Assembly (NCBI GenBank): GCA_963783375.1
Contig: CAWANH010000028.1
Span: 1,344,001 to 1,408,000 of the forward strand
Length of the DNA: 64,000 bases
Direction of reading: 5' to 3'
Origin: Candidatus Eiseniibacteriota bacterium
Lineage (GTDB): Bacteria > Eisenbacteria > RBG-16-71-46 > JABDJR01
A model generated the notes under the pieces. The model saw nothing but the letters and a program-made list of their open reading frames with translations, did not search any database and was not told the origin of the DNA. Every line of letters starts with the position of its first letter. Position 1 is the first letter of the stretch. The translations under genes and the position numbers were made by a program. Positions 61,879 to 64,000 of the stretch are shown in pieces.

Positions 61879-61882
<4 letters not shown>

Positions 61883-62610
61883 TCCGGGAGCACCTGCGGG
61901 ACCCGGCGGGCCACGGCGTAGGAGATCCCGATCAGCCCCGCGTCCGCGCAGTTGCTGTTGTAGTCGACCGCCTGGGCGGTGAAGCAGTGGACCACCCACG
62001 GATCGAGATCGGCGCTCTCTCCCTGGTACACGGTCACCGAATCCGAGCCGTGGACCACATGGAAAGGGGCGTTCCGGATCGAGTCGTAGCACTTGTTGTG
62101 GGGACGGCTCTCGCAGGTGGCGGGAAGCAGGGTCAGGGTGAACCCCGGAACGCCGCCGGTGAGCACGGTCGTCCCCGGCCGCTGTTCCGAGGCCGCGGCG
62201 AAGAGCAGTCCCACCTCGTCGACGACCAGGATCCCCTGAGCGGTCGGAAACCCGCCGACGTGATCCAGGGTGACGGTCACCACGTCTCCGACCCGAAGGG
62301 GGAGGGGAGGCGCGTCGGTGGAAGGAGGAGCGCCGTAGGCCAGGGTGTCCGTCTCCGCGCTCGCGGTGTCCCGGACCACCACGGTTTGCATGCCGCTCCC
62401 GTCGAATCCGGAGATGGAGAGCACCCGGACCGTGGCCTGGAAGTGCATGATCTCCGGGTGGGCGACCACATAGGTCGTGATGCTTCCGGTGGGCTCGACC
62501 CCGCAGGCGGGGTCCGCGTCCTCGCAGGAACTGGGACCGCTGGCGGCAGCCATGGCTCCCAGTCCCAGCGCCAGCCCGGCGAACCAAGGCCTTCGAAGCA
62601 GGTGGGTCAT
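61879..62610 (-). CDS. Hypothetical secreted Cys-rich protein
   Basis: Signal-like N-terminus, six Cys, own extended -10 upstream; stop codon shares CTAG with the glgB stop. Confidence 0.6.
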
Positions 62611-62660
62611 GATTGTTTCAACTCCCGCGGCCGGGTGATGGTGATTTCCCCGCACATCCG

Positions 62661-62741
62661 ATCCTAGCAGGATACCCGGGGTTCGGTCCCGGGTTCCCTC
62701 CCAACCCTCCCGACCCGCGTCTCACCGCCTCCTGCTAGGAT
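62661..62741. promoter_or_regulatory. Back-to-back identical extended -10 elements (12-bp inverted repeat)
   Basis: ATCCTAGCAGGA (62661-62672) and TCCTGCTAGGAT (62730-62741); each reads TGCTAGGAT toward one of the divergent genes. Confidence 0.55.
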
Positions 62742-62818
62742 AGCCGGGCTGCGGGACCCCGGGATACGGCCCGGACACCGTCGCGGCGCACCGGGGAGCG
62801 AAGGACGGCGGGGGTGTC

Positions 62819-63613
62819 ATGGACCAGGATGTGCGGAACATCGAAAGCGCGGAGAATCCGGTCTTCAAGGATCTCCGGAAGCTCCTCGGCGCCCGCGGGA
62901 TCAAGAAGCAGGGCCGGGCGCTATTGGCCGGCCCCCGGCTCACCGCCGAGGCGCTGGCCCGCCACCCGGATCGGTGCCGGGCCTGGCTCGTCCCCGCCGG
63001 GAAGGACCCCGAGGCGGCGTCCGGAGCCGGTGCTCCGGTCTACCGCCTCGCCCCCGCCCTCTTCCGGGAGCTGGACCTCTTCGGCACCCGCGCTCCCATC
63101 CTGGTCCTGGAGGTTCCCGGGATTCCACGGTGGGATCCCGCGAAGGGGCTCCCCCCCGGGTCGAGTCTTCTCGTGCCCTTCCAGGACCCCGAAAACACCG
63201 GCGCGGTCATCCGCTCCGCCGTCGCCTTCGGGGTGGACCGGGTGATCCTGCTCGCCGAGTGCGCTCACCCCTTTCATCCCAAGACGCTCCGAAGCTCGGG
63301 CGGCGCGGTGCTCCAGGTCCCGCTCCTCGCCGGACCGTCGCTGGGGGCGCTTCCCCCCGACCCGGCGATCGTCCCTCTCTCCGCCGAGGGGACGGACATC
63401 GGGACGTTCGCGTTTCCGGAGCGGTTCGGGCTCCTCCCCGGGATCGAGGGGGAGGGGCTCCCTGCGCCCTGGCGGGAGCGGTCGGTGGCCGTACCCATCC
63501 GTTCCGAAGTGGAGTCCCTGAACGCGGCCGCGGCCACCGCGGTGGCCCTCTACGTGTGGTCGCGGGGGAGAAGCAGGGAGAGATCGTCGACCGAGAGCCG
63601 CGGCGGCTCGTGA
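62819..63613 (+). CDS. TrmH/SpoU-family RNA methyltransferase
   Basis: IESAENP, QDPENTGAVIRSA, GIEGEG, VESLNAAAA. Confidence 0.9.
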   Translation: MDQDVRNIESAENPVFKDLRKLLGARGIKKQGRALLAGPRLTAEALARHPDRCRAWLVPAGKDPEAASGAGAPVYRLAPALFRELDLFGTRAPILVLEVPGIPRWDPAKGLPPGSSLLVPFQDPENTGAVIRSAVAFGVDRVILLAECAHPFHPKTLRSSGGAVLQVPLLAGPSLGALPPDPAIVPLSAEGTDIGTFAFPERFGLLPGIEGEGLPAPWRERSVAVPIRSEVESLNAAAATAVALYVWSRGRSRERSSTESRGGS

Positions 63614-64000
63614 TCGGGATCGCACCGGTAAGGGGTGAAGTCGGTCCAGCCCCGCTCACGCAGGAAATCCTCGTCGATGAGCGCCCGCCCGGTGAGCTCC
63701 GCCGGCGCCGTGGCGACGATCTCAAGCACCGCGTCGGCCATGATCGCGGGTTTTCGCCAGGAGGCCGGTGAGCCGAGCCGGTAGTTGATGGTGGCCTGGC
63801 TCTCGACCGCGGTGGCCGGCCAGAGCGCGTTCACCGCCACCCCGCGGCCCCGAAGCTCCCCGGCCAGGCCCAGGGCCAGCATGGTCATTCCGAACTTGCT
63901 GATCAGGTAGGCGGTCTTTCCCGGCAGGGCGGCCGGTTCGACCGGGGGCGAGATCATGACCACGTGTCCGCCGCCCCCCTCCAGCATCGGCTCCAGGGCG
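63550..64000 (-). CDS. SDR oxidoreductase (HSDL2-like), 5' end outside the window
   Basis: YxxxK (YLISK), VNALWP, RKPAIMADA, LIDED. Confidence 0.85.
   Translation of the reverse strand, partial: ALEPMLEGGGGHVVMISPPVEPAALPGKTAYLISKFGMTMLALGLAGELRGRGVAVNALWPATAVESQATINYRLGSPASWRKPAIMADAVLEIVATAPAELTGRALIDEDFLRERGWTDFTPYRCDPDHEPPRLSVDDLSLLLPRDHT

Overview
High-GC bacterial chromosomal window with about 44 supportable genes. No rRNA, tRNA, CRISPR array or intact mobile element was found. Large secreted proteins with C-terminal FlgD-Ig/T9SS-like tails suggest an FCB-group candidate lineage such as Eisenbacteria or Latescibacterota; this is inference only. From left to right the window holds: a secreted multiheme c-type cytochrome split by a 1-nt frameshift in a G7 tract; a SelW/SelT/SelH (Rdx) selenoprotein missed by the ORF track (in-frame UGA, CxxU, SECIS-like hairpin) ahead of lpoB-like and COG3014 lipoproteins; an orphan parA and a divergent spoVG separated by DnaA boxes; a catalytically degenerate integron-like tyrosine recombinase; an ArsR-cydAB-SRPBCC unit with a perfect 13-1-13 palindrome over its promoter; aroC; a small-protein/nucleotidyltransferase pair; assorted enzymes and transporters; a sigma54-type Cu/Ag efflux locus (HMBD protein, sensor kinase, enhancer-binding regulator, CusCBA with unusual insertions); a 2485-aa S8 protease with four tandem ~430-aa modules; a radical SAM gene; an ABC ATPase plus permease/M1-peptidase fusion; a 6S-RNA-like hairpin; glgE-treS/mak-glgB; a TrmH-family gene; and a truncated SDR. 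All calls come from motif reading without database searches.
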